DNA of 64,000 bases from Bacteroidia bacterium (lineage in GTDB: Bacteria; Bacteroidota; Bacteroidia; NS11-12g; UBA9320): contig CBDCFW010000006.1 in the NCBI GenBank assembly GCA_965216465.1, forward strand, positions 128,001-192,000, given 5' to 3'. Position 1 is the stretch's first letter. Every line of letters starts with the position of its first letter. A program made the translations under genes and the position numbers. Under the pieces are notes generated by a model that was given only the letters and a program-made list of their open reading frames with translations, was not told the origin of the DNA and made no database searches. This document shows, piece after piece, positions 10,038 through 21,294 of this stretch.

Positions 10038-11834
10038 TTGGCTCAATCATCACAAATACCGCCTGTTAAAAAGAAACTAAAAATCCTTCCTGATGCCCCC
10101 GGAGTCTACAAATACTTCGATCAAGACGGGAAAATTCTTTATATAGGAAAGGCCAAGAATCTCAAAAAAAGGGTGAGTTCTTATTTCACTAAGAACCATT
10201 ATGAGAATCGAAAGACCCAACTGCTGGTAAAAAAGATCTGGGATGTAAATGTTACCGTAGTGCCAACTGAAATTGATGCACTGCTACTCGAAAACAGCTT
10301 AATTAAAGAGTTTCAACCGAAATACAACATCAATCTTAAAGATGACAAAAGTTTTCCGTTAATTAAGATCACAAATGAGCGATTCCCGAAGATCTACCCA
10401 ATGCGAAACCCTATTAAGGATGGCAGTGAGTATTTTGGACCCTATGCCAATGTGAGGATAATGAAAATTGTTCTTGACTTATGTAAGAAACTCTATCCTA
10501 CTAGAAATTGCACGTACAATCTATCCGAGAAAAACATAAACGCTAAAAAATTTAAGGTTTGTCTCGAATACCAAATTGGAAATTGCCGAGGTCCGTGCGA
10601 AGGTCTAGAATCAGAAGAGGAGTACTTGGAATCTATTAAGCACATTAAACACATTCTGAGAGGAAACCTGAAACAAGTTAAGGACCATCTTAAAAGCAAG
10701 ATGGAACTTGCATCAAACAATTGGAATTTTGAAGAAGCCAACTTATTTAAAAAAAGGTTAGAAGCACTTGATAAATACCAAAGCAGGAGCACAGTTGTTA
10801 ATCCAAGGATAAGTGATGTTGATGTGATCAATATAGCTGAAAACAAACGGTACGCTTACATTAACTACCTCCGCATCTCTGGAGGTATTATCGTTCAGTC
10901 TAAAAACCTTGAGCTTAAAAAGAAGATGGATGAGACCACTGAAAGATTGCTCGAAATTGCCTATGCAGAGATTGCAGGCATGAACACCAACACAAAAGAA
11001 ATAATAGTACCTCAACTGTTTAACATAAAAGGAGATTTTACAGTTCCGTCTTCTGGAGATAAGAAAAAACTATTGCAACTAAGTTACAAGAATGCATTGC
11101 TTTATATGCAGGAAAAAACCAATCAATACGAAAAACTAGATCCAGATCTAAAGGTAGATCGAATTTTAACGACAATTCAGTCGGACCTGCGACTAAAAGA
11201 CTTACCCGTTCATATGGAGTGTTTTGATAATTCAAACATTCAAGGAGCATTTCCTGTATCTGCGTGCGTTGTTTTTAAAAACGGCAAACCTTCTAAGAAA
11301 GACTATCGTCATTTTAACATAAAGACCGTTGAAGGTCCAGATGATTTTGCCAGCATGTACGAGGTGATAACCAGAAGGTATAGAAGATTGTTACTTGAAG
11401 AAGCTGATCTGCCACAACTTATTATTATTGATGGTGGTAAAGGTCAACTTTCTAGCTCGGTTAAGGCACTTAAAGATCTTGGGATTTACGGAAAAGTGGC
11501 AATTGTAGGAATTGCTAAACGCCTTGAAGAAATATATTACCCTGAAGACAGTTTGCCACTTTACATTGATAAGAAATCAGAGTCTCTTAGAATCATCCAA
11601 CATATGCGTGATGAAGCTCACCGATTCGGAATTACCCACCATCGAAATCGAAGAAGTAAAGGAACAATAGTAAGCTCACTTACTCAAATTAAAGGTATAG
11701 GTGAAGAAACTGCTTCAGAGCTCCTTCGTGTTTTTAAATCTGTAAATAAAATCAAGAAATGTAGCTTTGATGAACTGGCTTCAGTTATTGGACCCGCTAA
11801 AGCTAAACTAATAATTGCCCATTTTGAAAAGTGA
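10038..11834 (+). CDS. uvrC: Excinuclease ABC subunit C
   Basis: GIY-YIG (PGVYKY...ILYIGKAKNLKKRVSSYF), ECFDNSN, IDGGKGQ, RDEAHRFGITHHR and HhH motifs. Confidence 0.97.
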   Translation: MAQSSQIPPVKKKLKILPDAPGVYKYFDQDGKILYIGKAKNLKKRVSSYFTKNHYENRKTQLLVKKIWDVNVTVVPTEIDALLLENSLIKEFQPKYNINLKDDKSFPLIKITNERFPKIYPMRNPIKDGSEYFGPYANVRIMKIVLDLCKKLYPTRNCTYNLSEKNINAKKFKVCLEYQIGNCRGPCEGLESEEEYLESIKHIKHILRGNLKQVKDHLKSKMELASNNWNFEEANLFKKRLEALDKYQSRSTVVNPRISDVDVINIAENKRYAYINYLRISGGIIVQSKNLELKKKMDETTERLLEIAYAEIAGMNTNTKEIIVPQLFNIKGDFTVPSSGDKKKLLQLSYKNALLYMQEKTNQYEKLDPDLKVDRILTTIQSDLRLKDLPVHMECFDNSNIQGAFPVSACVVFKNGKPSKKDYRHFNIKTVEGPDDFASMYEVITRRYRRLLLEEADLPQLIIIDGGKGQLSSSVKALKDLGIYGKVAIVGIAKRLEEIYYPEDSLPLYIDKKSESLRIIQHMRDEAHRFGITHHRNRRSKGTIVSSLTQIKGIGEETASELLRVFKSVNKIKKCSFDELASVIGPAKAKLIIAHFEK

Positions 11835-13083
11835 GATAACAGAATACATCACCCTGCATGGAGTAGATGCTTTTAAACGTGTATGCTATATGCACACGAA
11901 CAAGTTTGAATACGCTTGTATTCTTGATAGCTGTTCATTAAATACAGGGGTATCAAGTGGCAACTATGAGTTTTTAGCCGCTTTTGGAGCTAAGGAAGTA
12001 GTATCGTCATATAACCAATTTTTAAAGCTTGCAACGGCAAGCCATTGGCTATTTGGAGTTCTTGGCTATGACCTAAAAAATAGTTTTGAATCGCTTTCTA
12101 GTGAAAACCACTCCTTAATTAATCAGCAAGAGGTTTGCTTCTTTATTCCTGAAGCAGTTTTATCCATTGACAAGAAAGGTCAAGTAGAAATTATATTCGG
12201 AAAAGAGATTTTATCTGAGCTATTAAATAACGATTCAGCTACGACAACGAATAGCATGAGTTTTGACCAAGGCTTAGACGAAGCATCTTACCTCAAGAAA
12301 ATTAATGAAATTCATGAGTTAATTCGGGAGGGAGAAGTATACGAGTTAAACTACTGCCAAGCGTTTGAGCATTGCGTTACAGCATTTAATCCGGTTCAGT
12401 TTCATTTGGATTTAATCAAAAAGTCACCTGTTCCTATGGCTAGCTTCCTAAAATTCGAGAACATGTATATGTGCGGGGCAAGCATGGAACGATTTTTGGC
12501 AAAAAATGGCAATCAATTGGTAAGCCAACCCATAAAAGGAACTATTAAAAAGGGCGCTGATTTTACTGAAGATTCTAGGCTCATAGCTCAATTAGAGAAT
12601 TCCGAGAAGGATAGAGCTGAAAACGTAATGATTGTTGATTTAGTGCGAAACGATCTTGCCAAAGTATGTACTTCAGGCAGCATCAAGGTTGATGAGCTGT
12701 TTGGAATTTACAGCTATCTGCAAGTACACCAAATGATTTCTACAGTATCTGGGCAATTGAAGGATGGTCAATCCATTGACGATATCCTTCGAGCAACGTT
12801 TCCAATGGGCAGTATGACGGGAGCACCTAAAATATCAGCTATGCAACATATTGATAGGCTGGAAGATTTTAAGAGAGGATGGTACTCTGGTGCAGCTGGA
12901 TATATCAGCCCGAAATTCAACTTCGACTTCAATGTAGTAATACGCAGTCTGTTCTTCGATTCTGACACCAATAAGATTGTTTATTGTGCTGGAGGTGCAA
13001 TTACTATTGATTCTGACCCGCATAACGAATGGGACGAGTTGCAATTAAAAACCAAGGCTATAACCGATGTTTTAAGAGCTTAA
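11815..13083 (+). CDS. pabB: Aminodeoxychorismate synthase component I / chorismate-binding enzyme
   Basis: [42 protein letters not shown]. Confidence 0.8.
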   Translation: MPILKSEITEYITLHGVDAFKRVCYMHTNKFEYACILDSCSLNTGVSSGNYEFLAAFGAKEVVSSYNQFLKLATASHWLFGVLGYDLKNSFESLSSENHSLINQQEVCFFIPEAVLSIDKKGQVEIIFGKEILSELLNNDSATTTNSMSFDQGLDEASYLKKINEIHELIREGEVYELNYCQAFEHCVTAFNPVQFHLDLIKKSPVPMASFLKFENMYMCGASMERFLAKNGNQLVSQPIKGTIKKGADFTEDSRLIAQLENSEKDRAENVMIVDLVRNDLAKVCTSGSIKVDELFGIYSYLQVHQMISTVSGQLKDGQSIDDILRATFPMGSMTGAPKISAMQHIDRLEDFKRGWYSGAAGYISPKFNFDFNVVIRSLFFDSDTNKIVYCAGGAITIDSDPHNEWDELQLKTKAITDVLRA

Positions 13084-15708
13084 GACTGGGTTCAATTTCT
13101 GACTATACTCTTTGAGGATTTCCTGTAAGGCCTCAGCTTTGAACGGTTTACTTAAAAAGCCATCCATACCGTAATTGAGGTACTCTTGTTTATTCCCTTC
13201 ATTGGCATCCGCCGTTAATGCAATTATTACAGGACGTTTCTCACCATACTTCTCAATAATGCGTTGTGTAGCTGCTATACCGTCCATTTCTGGCATTTGA
13301 ATATCCATCAAAATTAAGTCAACATCATTATGCTCTAAACGTTTTAGAACTTCGATTCCATTTTCTGCATGTAAGGCATCTTTATATCCAAATTTCTCAA
13401 AGAGCTTATCAATAAATAGTTTGTTGAATGGATTGTCTTCGGCCACCAATATCTTAAGTGGATATTTCTCGCTAAACTTACCATCGGCTATTGCTTGTTT
13501 CTTCTCAGCTTCAATATTTACCGGAACCTTTCGTGCCAAACCTTTTGGAATTTCGACATTTAAAGTAAAGTAGAAAGTGGTACCTACATTCTTCTCTGAG
13601 GTTAACCCAATTTCTCCACCCATGAGCTCAACCAATTTTTTAGAAATGCTCAGGCCTAATCCAATACCACCATACTTTCGAGATGTCGAGGTATCTTCTT
13701 GCTCAAAAGATTCGAATATTTTCTTTTGCTTTTCGTCCGAAATCCCAATTCCATCATCCTTAACTGAAAATCTAAGCTTTGCTATTCGAGCGTCTTCAGT
13801 TTGGGCTCGAAGTAATTCATCGAGCTCAACAATAATTTTTACATATCCATTTTCAGTAAACTTCACAGCATTACTGATAAGGTTTATCAACACCTGACGG
13901 ATTCTAAGTACATCACCCCTGAACTGAGTAATCATAGCATTGCCGATGAACTTACTGAGTTCGATGTTTTTATCTTTTGCTTGCTTAGAGAAGATAATCA
14001 TGACTTCATCGAGCAATCTTTCGAGGTCAATTAAAGATGACTCAATGTTCATTTTTCCAGCCTCGATTTTAGAGAAATCTAAGATATCGTTAAGAATAGT
14101 CAGGAGGTTCTCACTGCTAGTTTGAATCGTTTCAACATATTTTTTCTGTTCTTCATCAAGCGGTGATTCTAGCAGCAAACTGGCCATACCCATAATTCCA
14201 TTCATAGGCGTACGAATTTCATGGCTAGTAACCGCCAAGAAATTTGATTTGGCAATTGATCCAGCTTCTGCTTGTTGACGGGCATCTTCAAGAACCGTAT
14301 TCATTTTACGCAGCTCTTGGTTCTGCATATTGATTAAACGGTTTCGTTGTTCAAGTTTGGCATTACTTGATTGCTTAATTCTTACCTGGCGATAAAGAAC
14401 AATTAAAATCACCGATAAGAATATCAATGCAGAAATAATGGAATATTTTATTACATCTGAAGTACGCTGTTCTTGGTACAAAATCTCGTTCTGAGCATCT
14501 TCTTGTATGGTTTTAGTCTCATTAGCTACTTGATTTGATTTTGCTTTTAATTGCTCGAATTGCTCAAAAGCTCCAACCATACCATGCCTAGCCTTGAATG
14601 CATCATAATCTTCATTAACTTCAAAAGCCTTTTTAAAGTCGTTTAAATTGTAATATGCCTTTATTTGAAGGTCGTATGCATTTGCAATATGCTCCTTACT
14701 TAAATAGGGTAAATTTCCAGCTAATATCAAACTTGTTTGCTCAATAGTTTTATCTGCATTGTTTTGCGACAAATCCAACTTGGTTTTGCGATAAGCAAGT
14801 TCATTAGTAAGGGTATTTATTTGTTTGTCGTTAAGTATAGACTCAGCTTTTGACAAATGACTTAGTGCTTGTTGTGCATCAAATAAATTTGTACTGATAT
14901 CACTCATCATCAAATATGCTTGAGCCATGCCAAAATCACTCTTGGTTTCGTTGGCTTTGTTATAAGCCTTATTTGCATAGATGTTCGCGTAGTTGGTATT
15001 GTCTTGACTTAAATAATTTCGAGAAAGCAATGCGTAAATGCGCGCACTTTTAAATAAATTTTCTTCTTTCTTATTGAGAAGAAGTGCATTCTGAAGATAG
15101 GATTTCGCACTAGTATTCTTACCTATACGCGTTAAGGCCTCTGCGATCTCGATATTAACATCAATCAACCCATCATTATCATTTTCAGATTCCTTTAACT
15201 CTTTGCACCGGAACAAACTTGAGAATGCCTTGGTGTACTTTCCCTCGTGCAGTTGAGACTTAGCTTGAAGCAATACAATTTCAGATTCAAGGCCCTTGTC
15301 ACCAAGTTCTCTTGCACAAAAAAGAAGCTCTTTGAAGCTCGACACAGTAGATACCTCCCCTTTCAAGGTACTGCAATAACTCAGATAAGCTTTACTTAGG
15401 GTATGCACTTTTGAGCAACGGCTATCGCCTCCATATTCAAGGGAAGTTCCGAAGTACGATAAGGCTTCTTCAATTCTACCTTCTTGAATCAGTATGTATC
15501 CAATATTGAAATTAGCTATTGCTTTATCCTCAGACGAAGAAGCATTTAGCAACTCGTTCTTTTGCTGTACCATCAGACCATCAACATCTCCTGACAGCTG
15601 CATTGAAGAAATTAACTCAACAGCAGAAACATTGAGAATGGATATAAAACTTAGGAATAGAATACCTAACTTTTTTCCAACTATGTGCGAAAGTTTAGGT
15701 GTATGCAT
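13072..15708 (-). CDS. Hybrid sensor histidine kinase/response regulator with periplasmic TPR region
   Basis: H-box [16 protein letters not shown]-box [15 protein letters not shown]-boxes DDGIG and GGIGLGL, receiver [12 protein letters not shown]...KP. One TM helix after the TPR-like region. ATG 15708 preferred because a -7 box lies at 15748-15755. Confidence 0.92.
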   Translation of the reverse strand: MHTPKLSHIVGKKLGILFLSFISILNVSAVELISSMQLSGDVDGLMVQQKNELLNASSSEDKAIANFNIGYILIQEGRIEEALSYFGTSLEYGGDSRCSKVHTLSKAYLSYCSTLKGEVSTVSSFKELLFCARELGDKGLESEIVLLQAKSQLHEGKYTKAFSSLFRCKELKESENDNDGLIDVNIEIAEALTRIGKNTSAKSYLQNALLLNKKEENLFKSARIYALLSRNYLSQDNTNYANIYANKAYNKANETKSDFGMAQAYLMMSDISTNLFDAQQALSHLSKAESILNDKQINTLTNELAYRKTKLDLSQNNADKTIEQTSLILAGNLPYLSKEHIANAYDLQIKAYYNLNDFKKAFEVNEDYDAFKARHGMVGAFEQFEQLKAKSNQVANETKTIQEDAQNEILYQEQRTSDVIKYSIISALIFLSVILIVLYRQVRIKQSSNAKLEQRNRLINMQNQELRKMNTVLEDARQQAEAGSIAKSNFLAVTSHEIRTPMNGIMGMASLLLESPLDEEQKKYVETIQTSSENLLTILNDILDFSKIEAGKMNIESSLIDLERLLDEVMIIFSKQAKDKNIELSKFIGNAMITQFRGDVLRIRQVLINLISNAVKFTENGYVKIIVELDELLRAQTEDARIAKLRFSVKDDGIGISDEKQKKIFESFEQEDTSTSRKYGGIGLGLSISKKLVELMGGEIGLTSEKNVGTTFYFTLNVEIPKGLARKVPVNIEAEKKQAIADGKFSEKYPLKILVAEDNPFNKLFIDKLFEKFGYKDALHAENGIEVLKRLEHNDVDLILMDIQMPEMDGIAATQRIIEKYGEKRPVIIALTADANEGNKQEYLNYGMDGFLSKPFKAEALQEILKEYSQKLNPVLSS

Positions 15709-15747
15709 AGTGTAGTAGTATGTATACTTTTCAATGGTTAATATTAA

Positions 15748-15755
15748 CAAAGTTA
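15748..15755 (-). promoter_or_regulatory. Bacteroidota sigma-A -7 element for the hybrid kinase
   Basis: CAAAGTTA on + is TAACTTTG on -. Confidence 0.55.
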
Positions 15756-16083
15756 CTGAATTTTATGCAAAAAAGCGTTTGTACAAGGGTACAGATACCA
15801 ACGATGACAGAAACCTGTTATAAATTTTAAACACTTCCAAAAAACTCTGACCCCAAATTTTAGATATGAAAAGAACGCAAATAAGATTTCATTTTGGGAA
15901 AATGTGTGATACTTGAGTATAAAATTTAACAAAAAGGTGATATTTTTTATAAATTTTTTCTACGATGTCAACTTATTGATTATGAGCGTCTTAAGTCTTA
16001 GTGTCAGATTTACACATCCCCACTGTGGGGTACAAAAAACGGCCTTCACTTGTGTAATATTTCCATATTTGAGAATTATTACT

Positions 16084-16091
16084 TAACTTTG
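16084..16091 (+). promoter_or_regulatory. Bacteroidota sigma-A -7 element with no downstream CDS
   Basis: TAACTTTG matches TAnnTTTG. Confidence 0.55.
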
Positions 16092-16095
16092 TGAT

Positions 16096-16230
16096 ATCAT
16101 TACGTTCTATTTATAAATTAATAAGGTTAGTTAAATACTAAACATTGCTATACTACTTAATTGATGATACACGATATTATCACCTATAGCGGTGTTACGA
16201 AAGGCCAACGTTTACACGTTGGCCTTTTTT
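16096..16230 (+). ncRNA. Candidate structured small RNA 1 (unclassified)
   Basis: -7 box upstream. 12-bp stem 16141-16152/16185-16196 and 8-bp stem 16162-16169/16175-16182 contain three G-U pairs that form only on the + strand. Ends in an intrinsic terminator. Confidence 0.55.
16200..16230 (+). terminator. Intrinsic terminator
   Basis: AAAGGCCAACG-TTTACA-CGTTGGCC followed by TTTTTT. Overlaps the last codons of cobB on the other strand. Confidence 0.75.
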
Positions 16231-16916
16231 CTTATTCTATTTTTTACTTCAACCATTCCTTCACCCGCTTTTTCTCGAATAAAATCCACCTTCCTATCGA
16301 TACGAATCTTGTGCTTTAAGTCTTGAGGGTCTACAACCAAAATTTCACATTTTGATGGGGCAAAGTTCACTAAGCCTGCAGCAGGATAAACTTCTAGCGA
16401 TGTTCCTATTACCAATAACAAATCTGCTTGTTCAACGGTGGCAATCGCTTCTTCCATTTTCGGAACATCCTCCCCAAACCAAACAATAAATGGTCGAAGT
16501 TGAGAACCGTCTTTACTTTTATGTCCTAGTTCAATATCATTAAATCCAATGTCAATCACCTCCCCCTTTGTGGCAGAGCTGCAAGCTTTTGTTATTTCAC
16601 CGTGAAGATGAATTATTGAAGTACTCCCTGCTTGTTCATGAAGATTATCAATGTTCTGTGTAACTATTTTAACATCACACCACTTTTCAAGTTCAGCTAT
16701 GATTAGATGAGCTTGATTGGGTTTGGAGTCACTTACATTTCTTCGACGCTGGTTGTAAAAGTCTAGCACCAAAGCTTGGTTTTTGTACCAAGCTTGAGGT
16801 GTGGCGACGTCTTCGATGTTATATCCTTCCCACAATCCACCTGAATCTCTGAAGGTTGCCAACCCGCTTTCAGCACTAATTCCAGCACCAGACAACACTA
16901 CTAAGTTTAATTTCAT
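16212..16916 (-). CDS. cobB: NAD-dependent protein deacylase, Sir2 family
   Basis: GAGISAESGLATFRD, TQNIDNLHEQAG, HLHG, LRPFIVWFGE, GTSLEVYPAA. Confidence 0.93.
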   Translation of the reverse strand: MKLNLVVLSGAGISAESGLATFRDSGGLWEGYNIEDVATPQAWYKNQALVLDFYNQRRRNVSDSKPNQAHLIIAELEKWCDVKIVTQNIDNLHEQAGSTSIIHLHGEITKACSSATKGEVIDIGFNDIELGHKSKDGSQLRPFIVWFGEDVPKMEEAIATVEQADLLLVIGTSLEVYPAAGLVNFAPSKCEILVVDPQDLKHKIRIDRKVDFIREKAGEGMVEVKNRIRKKANV

Positions 16917-16939
16917 AATACCGTTTTATTTAAATTCCT

Positions 16940-18304
16940 TTGCAGCCATTTTTTCAGACCATTACTTCTTCAATCAAAGATATCTTAAAAATTAGTTGGC
17001 CGATAATCATTGGCCAATTGGGCATGGTATTGACCGGGTTTTTTGACAATTTGATGGTTGCCAAAGTCGGACACGAAGAGCTTGCAGCAGCTGGGATTAG
17101 CAACAGTATCTACTTCTTGATTACGATATTTCCAATGGGGGTTACGATATCATTTGCTACCATTGTTGGACTAATACAGGGAAAAAAGCGAATAAATTCA
17201 GCTCACCTCATGGTTCGCGACAGCTTCAAAATGACCCTTTTGCTGAGTATAATTACTTCTATTGTGTTGTATGCAGCTGTACTGTACTTTGAACTCTTCA
17301 ATCAGGTTGACGAAGTAGAAAAACTTGCAAAACCTTACTTAACCCTATTGATGTGGTCTTTGGGGCCAATGCTGCTGTTTTTCTTCGCTAAGAATATTTG
17401 CGATGGTTTTTCATACACCGGCGGTGGGATGATAATAACACTAACTGCACTTGCCTTAAATGTTCTGCTCAACTGGATTTTTATTTACGGCCATTGGGGA
17501 TCAGAAGCTTACGGCTTAAATGGAGCAGGATATGCAACGGTTATCTCCAGAATCTATATGGCCATTGCAATGATTCTCGTATTGCTTCAATCAAAAAGAA
17601 CTCCTATTGACATAAAGCTAGTTCTTCAATCCTTTTCTAAGTACAAATACTTCACTTTTTATAAGCAGATTAGAAAACTCGGGTTCCCTACAGGATTACA
17701 GTATTTCTTTGAAATTGCTGCCTTTGCATTCGCTGCTATTATGGCCGGATGGCTAGGATCGCGTGAACTTGCTGCTCATCAGCTGGCCATCAGTTTAGCT
17801 GCTTTAACATATATGTTTGCAAGTGGTATTGCTGCTGGATGTAATATTTCTGTTGCTAAAGCGATGGGGGAAGAAGCAGTCAATAAGGCCCGTGAATTAG
17901 GAAAAGCTGGTCATCTAATTGGATTGATATCTATGGCTCTTTTTGCGGTAATGTTTTCGCTGTTTAACTACGAGTTATCAGCCATGTTTTCTGATGATAA
18001 AATTGTTGTAGAACTCGGTGCTCAATTGTTAATTTTAGCCGCAATTTTTCAGCTTGGTGACGGACTACAAGCTGTTTCTGTTGGACTGTTACGAGGAATT
18101 GAAGATGTAAACAAACCTAGCATTCTCACCTTTGTGGTGTATTGGATATTTGCCATTCCAATTGGTTACTACTTATCGCAAGTCTATGATCCAACATCAA
18201 TAATATCTGGGGTAAATGGCATTTGGATAGGCCTTGCTAGCGGACTAACCTTATCAGCAATTGTACTGACATATCGTTTTTATGCGTTAATTCGCATGAA
18301 ATGA
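16940..18304 (+). CDS. MATE family efflux transporter (NorM-like)
   Basis: About 12 TM helices. GFFDNLMVAKVG, LGLNGAG-like YGLNGAGYAT, LAAHQLA, FQLGDGLQ...GLLRG. Confidence 0.9.
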   Translation: MQPFFQTITSSIKDILKISWPIIIGQLGMVLTGFFDNLMVAKVGHEELAAAGISNSIYFLITIFPMGVTISFATIVGLIQGKKRINSAHLMVRDSFKMTLLLSIITSIVLYAAVLYFELFNQVDEVEKLAKPYLTLLMWSLGPMLLFFFAKNICDGFSYTGGGMIITLTALALNVLLNWIFIYGHWGSEAYGLNGAGYATVISRIYMAIAMILVLLQSKRTPIDIKLVLQSFSKYKYFTFYKQIRKLGFPTGLQYFFEIAAFAFAAIMAGWLGSRELAAHQLAISLAALTYMFASGIAAGCNISVAKAMGEEAVNKARELGKAGHLIGLISMALFAVMFSLFNYELSAMFSDDKIVVELGAQLLILAAIFQLGDGLQAVSVGLLRGIEDVNKPSILTFVVYWIFAIPIGYYLSQVYDPTSIISGVNGIWIGLASGLTLSAIVLTYRFYALIRMK

Positions 18305-19032
18305 AAATTTACTACACACTATTTCTGCTATTTGTTGTCAACCTAAGCTTTGGTCAAACCTCTATTGGGATTCTCGCTGAACCCCAATTTCAAATTACTC
18401 AAATTTCAGATGATAACAGCAGTGCTTTTGACTCCCTGCAAAGTATGAAGGAGATTGACAGAGTGCTAGGATTGCAGCTTGAGTTCCGGAACCAAATAGA
18501 TAGATATCAAGCAATTTCATTCATTCCTGGTTTCCAGCAAGCAAATTATCATCATGTGATTGATGACATTCAATTTCTAGACATCATTCATGACCAAATG
18601 CCAGAAATACGAGACTTGAGTCAAGCCTCAACAAAAACAGCTTACATGCACTATCGATTTAAATACATTTCGGCAAGAGTTATGTACTACAATAAATTGA
18701 AAGGAATGTACATTAACAATGGATTTAACTTTGAGCTAGGAGCAGGACTAAGCTATGCTTACCTCTTTGATCACGACTTAAAAATTCGAACAGAAGGTTT
18801 TGCAATTAAAGACCAATTTGTGCACTACATCACCGACAGTACTGGTTTTGAAGGACGAACTCATCAAGCTAATCTTGTCTTTAATTTCAACATGAATTAC
18901 GAGTTTGTTCCAACGGCTTATTTGGTAGCCGGAGTAATGCTTAATGTTCCTGTGTTGACTACAACCACAAATGATCCGCGATTAAAAATCTATGGATCTG
19001 GTCTTCAATTTGGAATTCGAAAAGAGTTATAA
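18301..19032 (+). CDS. Putative outer-membrane beta-barrel protein
   Basis: Signal peptide, amphipathic strands, C-terminal GLQFGIRKEL. ATGA overlap with the MATE gene. Confidence 0.5.
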   Translation: MKIYYTLFLLFVVNLSFGQTSIGILAEPQFQITQISDDNSSAFDSLQSMKEIDRVLGLQLEFRNQIDRYQAISFIPGFQQANYHHVIDDIQFLDIIHDQMPEIRDLSQASTKTAYMHYRFKYISARVMYYNKLKGMYINNGFNFELGAGLSYAYLFDHDLKIRTEGFAIKDQFVHYITDSTGFEGRTHQANLVFNFNMNYEFVPTAYLVAGVMLNVPVLTTTTNDPRLKIYGSGLQFGIRKEL

Positions 19033-21183
19033 CTAGCGCAGTAGATAGAGTTCACCCTTTGCTAACTTAGGAACTTCCGTTCCATTTTCTGGGAAGTAAT
19101 ACCAGATTAAATAGAAGTAGTGCCCTTGAGGTGCTGGCTCACCTTGATAGTTTCCATCCCATCCCAGGTTCGTTCCTTCTTCATCGTACATCATTTCACC
19201 CCAGCGATTATAAATCTGCATCTTTCTTAAAACTACAGTTCCGTTTGGTCTAAATATTGGATTAAAAGGATCAGAGTTAGGCGAGAAAGCATTTGGGATA
19301 AAAATATCGCATGCATACGGTAAAAACACGAGGTCTACTTCATCCGACGCAGTTCCACATTTGTTGGTAACAGTAGCCTGATAATAACCTGTTTTTGTAA
19401 TAGTTCGGGTGCTGCCTACATAGCCATCGGACCAAGTGTACGTTGCTTCATCTGTTGTCAGATCAATTACACGAGATCCATCCCCACAAAGTGTAGAATC
19501 ATTTCCCAGCGAAATCGAAGGAGGTCTTATTGTACCAACATTGAACGAATCTCTATATACACAGCCATTTAAGTTTTTCTCGGCCCAGACAATTCCACCA
19601 CTTGAAACGGTAGCAAAAGAGTCGTTTGAACCTGTGCTCCATCGTACAGTAGCATTTCCTTTATCCACTCTTAGATCATATTGCGAACCAACACATATGG
19701 TAGTATCATTTTGTAAGCTAAACACAGGAAGCGGGTTAACATTTGTGGTCTGAGTGAATGTATCTTTACAATCTCCAACCTGAACAATATAGCTAACAGA
19801 ATTTAGCCCTAACTGAATTGGATTAAACTCATTCGTAGCGTTGTCTACATTATCTCCTTCAAAATTCCCTCCAGGAAGATTAGGGAATAAGGTAACTTTT
19901 GCATCTCCTTCGCAATACTCGGGGTCTAAACCTCCAAAAAAGTTGTTGGGTTGTGCAATTACTTCAACAGAATCGATGTATTCATCATAGCATCCTGCAG
20001 TATCTAATACGGTAAGCTTAACTTCGTACTGTCCAGGATTAGCGTAGCTATGATTTACATATCTTCCGACATCACCGTTTCCATCTCCAAAAGTCCATGT
20101 ATTTGTTGCCGAGGCATCAGGATGATAGTGGTTAAAGAAAAATCGGTTTCCGTTTTGACACATCGAAGTATCGCTAAACACGATTTGTGAAGAATCAATT
20201 GGAGAAGGCTTCACTGTTACAATCATTTCCATAGAATCTACACAGAACTCAACTCCTGCATTTTTAGTTGAAAAGGCATGAAGAACAACCCGGTACACGC
20301 CCGGTTCGGTATATACAATCCGTGCATTCCCATTATTGTTGGTTCGACCATCGCCTTGATCCCACAACAATGTGGTAAATCCAGATATTCCTGGAACGGT
20401 GGTTAGATTCTTAAATGCAAAGCGGTTAGTTGAACCGTCTGCGTTATTAAAACACTGAACTTGACTATTATTGGGAGAGTCTACATGCAGCACAAAATTT
20501 ACATTAGGCAAAGGTGCAACTGTATCTTCTGCTGAAAATGTAGCTTCACACCCAGTTGTAGAGACGGTTAACTCAACCGTATATAAGCCATATGTGCTAT
20601 AAGTAACCGATGGGCTTTGAGCTGATGAAGTTTGTCCATCTCCAAAATCCCAGCTGTAGTTGATTGTCTCTGTACCTGACTGAGAAGCACTAGGAGTAAA
20701 TGTAAATTGGTTTACATTTTCACACTGATACTCATCATTTATTGTAAAAGTAGTACTGATCCAACCCGTTGTTACTGAAGCTTCAGGGTATGCAGAAGTT
20801 AAATAATGCAAATTAGCCCCCATGTTGCTTCGATTGTATTCAAAAACAGCAAAGTGATAAGTTGTATTGTGCTTTAAATTAGTAACAGTAACCGAGTTTC
20901 CAATGCCATTATATACGACATATTCTGAAGTAGAAAACGAATATCCATTCGAGAATGTATCATTAGCAAGATAGTAAACATTATCAGATGGAGAATTCGA
21001 AACAGAAGACCCCTCAGATGCAATAACGATACGTTCAGCCCCATCACCAGCAGTCCACGACAAAGTCACCTCACTGCAATAAGTATTGGTGAAGCTCATA
21101 TTGGTGCTAGCAGTAGTCGGAGTTTGCCCGAATGAATAAATCATTCCGAACACCAAAAGCAGTCCATAGATGTATCGTGTCAT
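19033..21183 (-). CDS. T9SS-secreted PKD/fibronectin-III protein with type B (CHU_C / gliding-motility) C-terminal domain
   Basis: WDFGDG and WTFGDG PKD repeats, FN3-like N-terminus, CTD IFIPNAFSPN...IYNRWGE...WDG...GELYLLR. Confidence 0.85.
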   Translation of the reverse strand: MTRYIYGLLLVFGMIYSFGQTPTTASTNMSFTNTYCSEVTLSWTAGDGAERIVIASEGSSVSNSPSDNVYYLANDTFSNGYSFSTSEYVVYNGIGNSVTVTNLKHNTTYHFAVFEYNRSNMGANLHYLTSAYPEASVTTGWISTTFTINDEYQCENVNQFTFTPSASQSGTETINYSWDFGDGQTSSAQSPSVTYSTYGLYTVELTVSTTGCEATFSAEDTVAPLPNVNFVLHVDSPNNSQVQCFNNADGSTNRFAFKNLTTVPGISGFTTLLWDQGDGRTNNNGNARIVYTEPGVYRVVLHAFSTKNAGVEFCVDSMEMIVTVKPSPIDSSQIVFSDTSMCQNGNRFFFNHYHPDASATNTWTFGDGNGDVGRYVNHSYANPGQYEVKLTVLDTAGCYDEYIDSVEVIAQPNNFFGGLDPEYCEGDAKVTLFPNLPGGNFEGDNVDNATNEFNPIQLGLNSVSYIVQVGDCKDTFTQTTNVNPLPVFSLQNDTTICVGSQYDLRVDKGNATVRWSTGSNDSFATVSSGGIVWAEKNLNGCVYRDSFNVGTIRPPSISLGNDSTLCGDGSRVIDLTTDEATYTWSDGYVGSTRTITKTGYYQATVTNKCGTASDEVDLVFLPYACDIFIPNAFSPNSDPFNPIFRPNGTVVLRKMQIYNRWGEMMYDEEGTNLGWDGNYQGEPAPQGHYFYLIWYYFPENGTEVPKLAKGELYLLR

Positions 21184-21282
21184 CAAGTCGTGCAAAGGTA
21201 CTATCAATATGCGTTAACGCCATATTTGTAATGTCAGATTTAAAAAAAATAACCCGTATTGGGTAGAATAATCAGAAAAGTA

Positions 21283-21290
21283 TATATTTG
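21283..21290 (+). promoter_or_regulatory. Bacteroidota sigma-A -7 element
   Basis: TATATTTG, with a TTG about 20 nt upstream (21259-21261). Confidence 0.55.
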
Positions 21291-21294
21291 TGAC

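Noticed and set aside
15756-16083. AT-rich intergenic region as a possible replication origin
   Set aside because: No TTATCCACA-like DnaA box cluster seen and no origin-associated genes nearby.
16164-16319. About 51-codon + strand ORF from ATG 16164
   Set aside because: Runs through the terminator and antisense into cobB; better explained as RNA structure.
16212-16916. Sir2 protein as an anti-phage (Thoeris/DSR) component
   Set aside because: It is a typical short CobB-class deacylase with no TIR, Argonaute or helicase partner.
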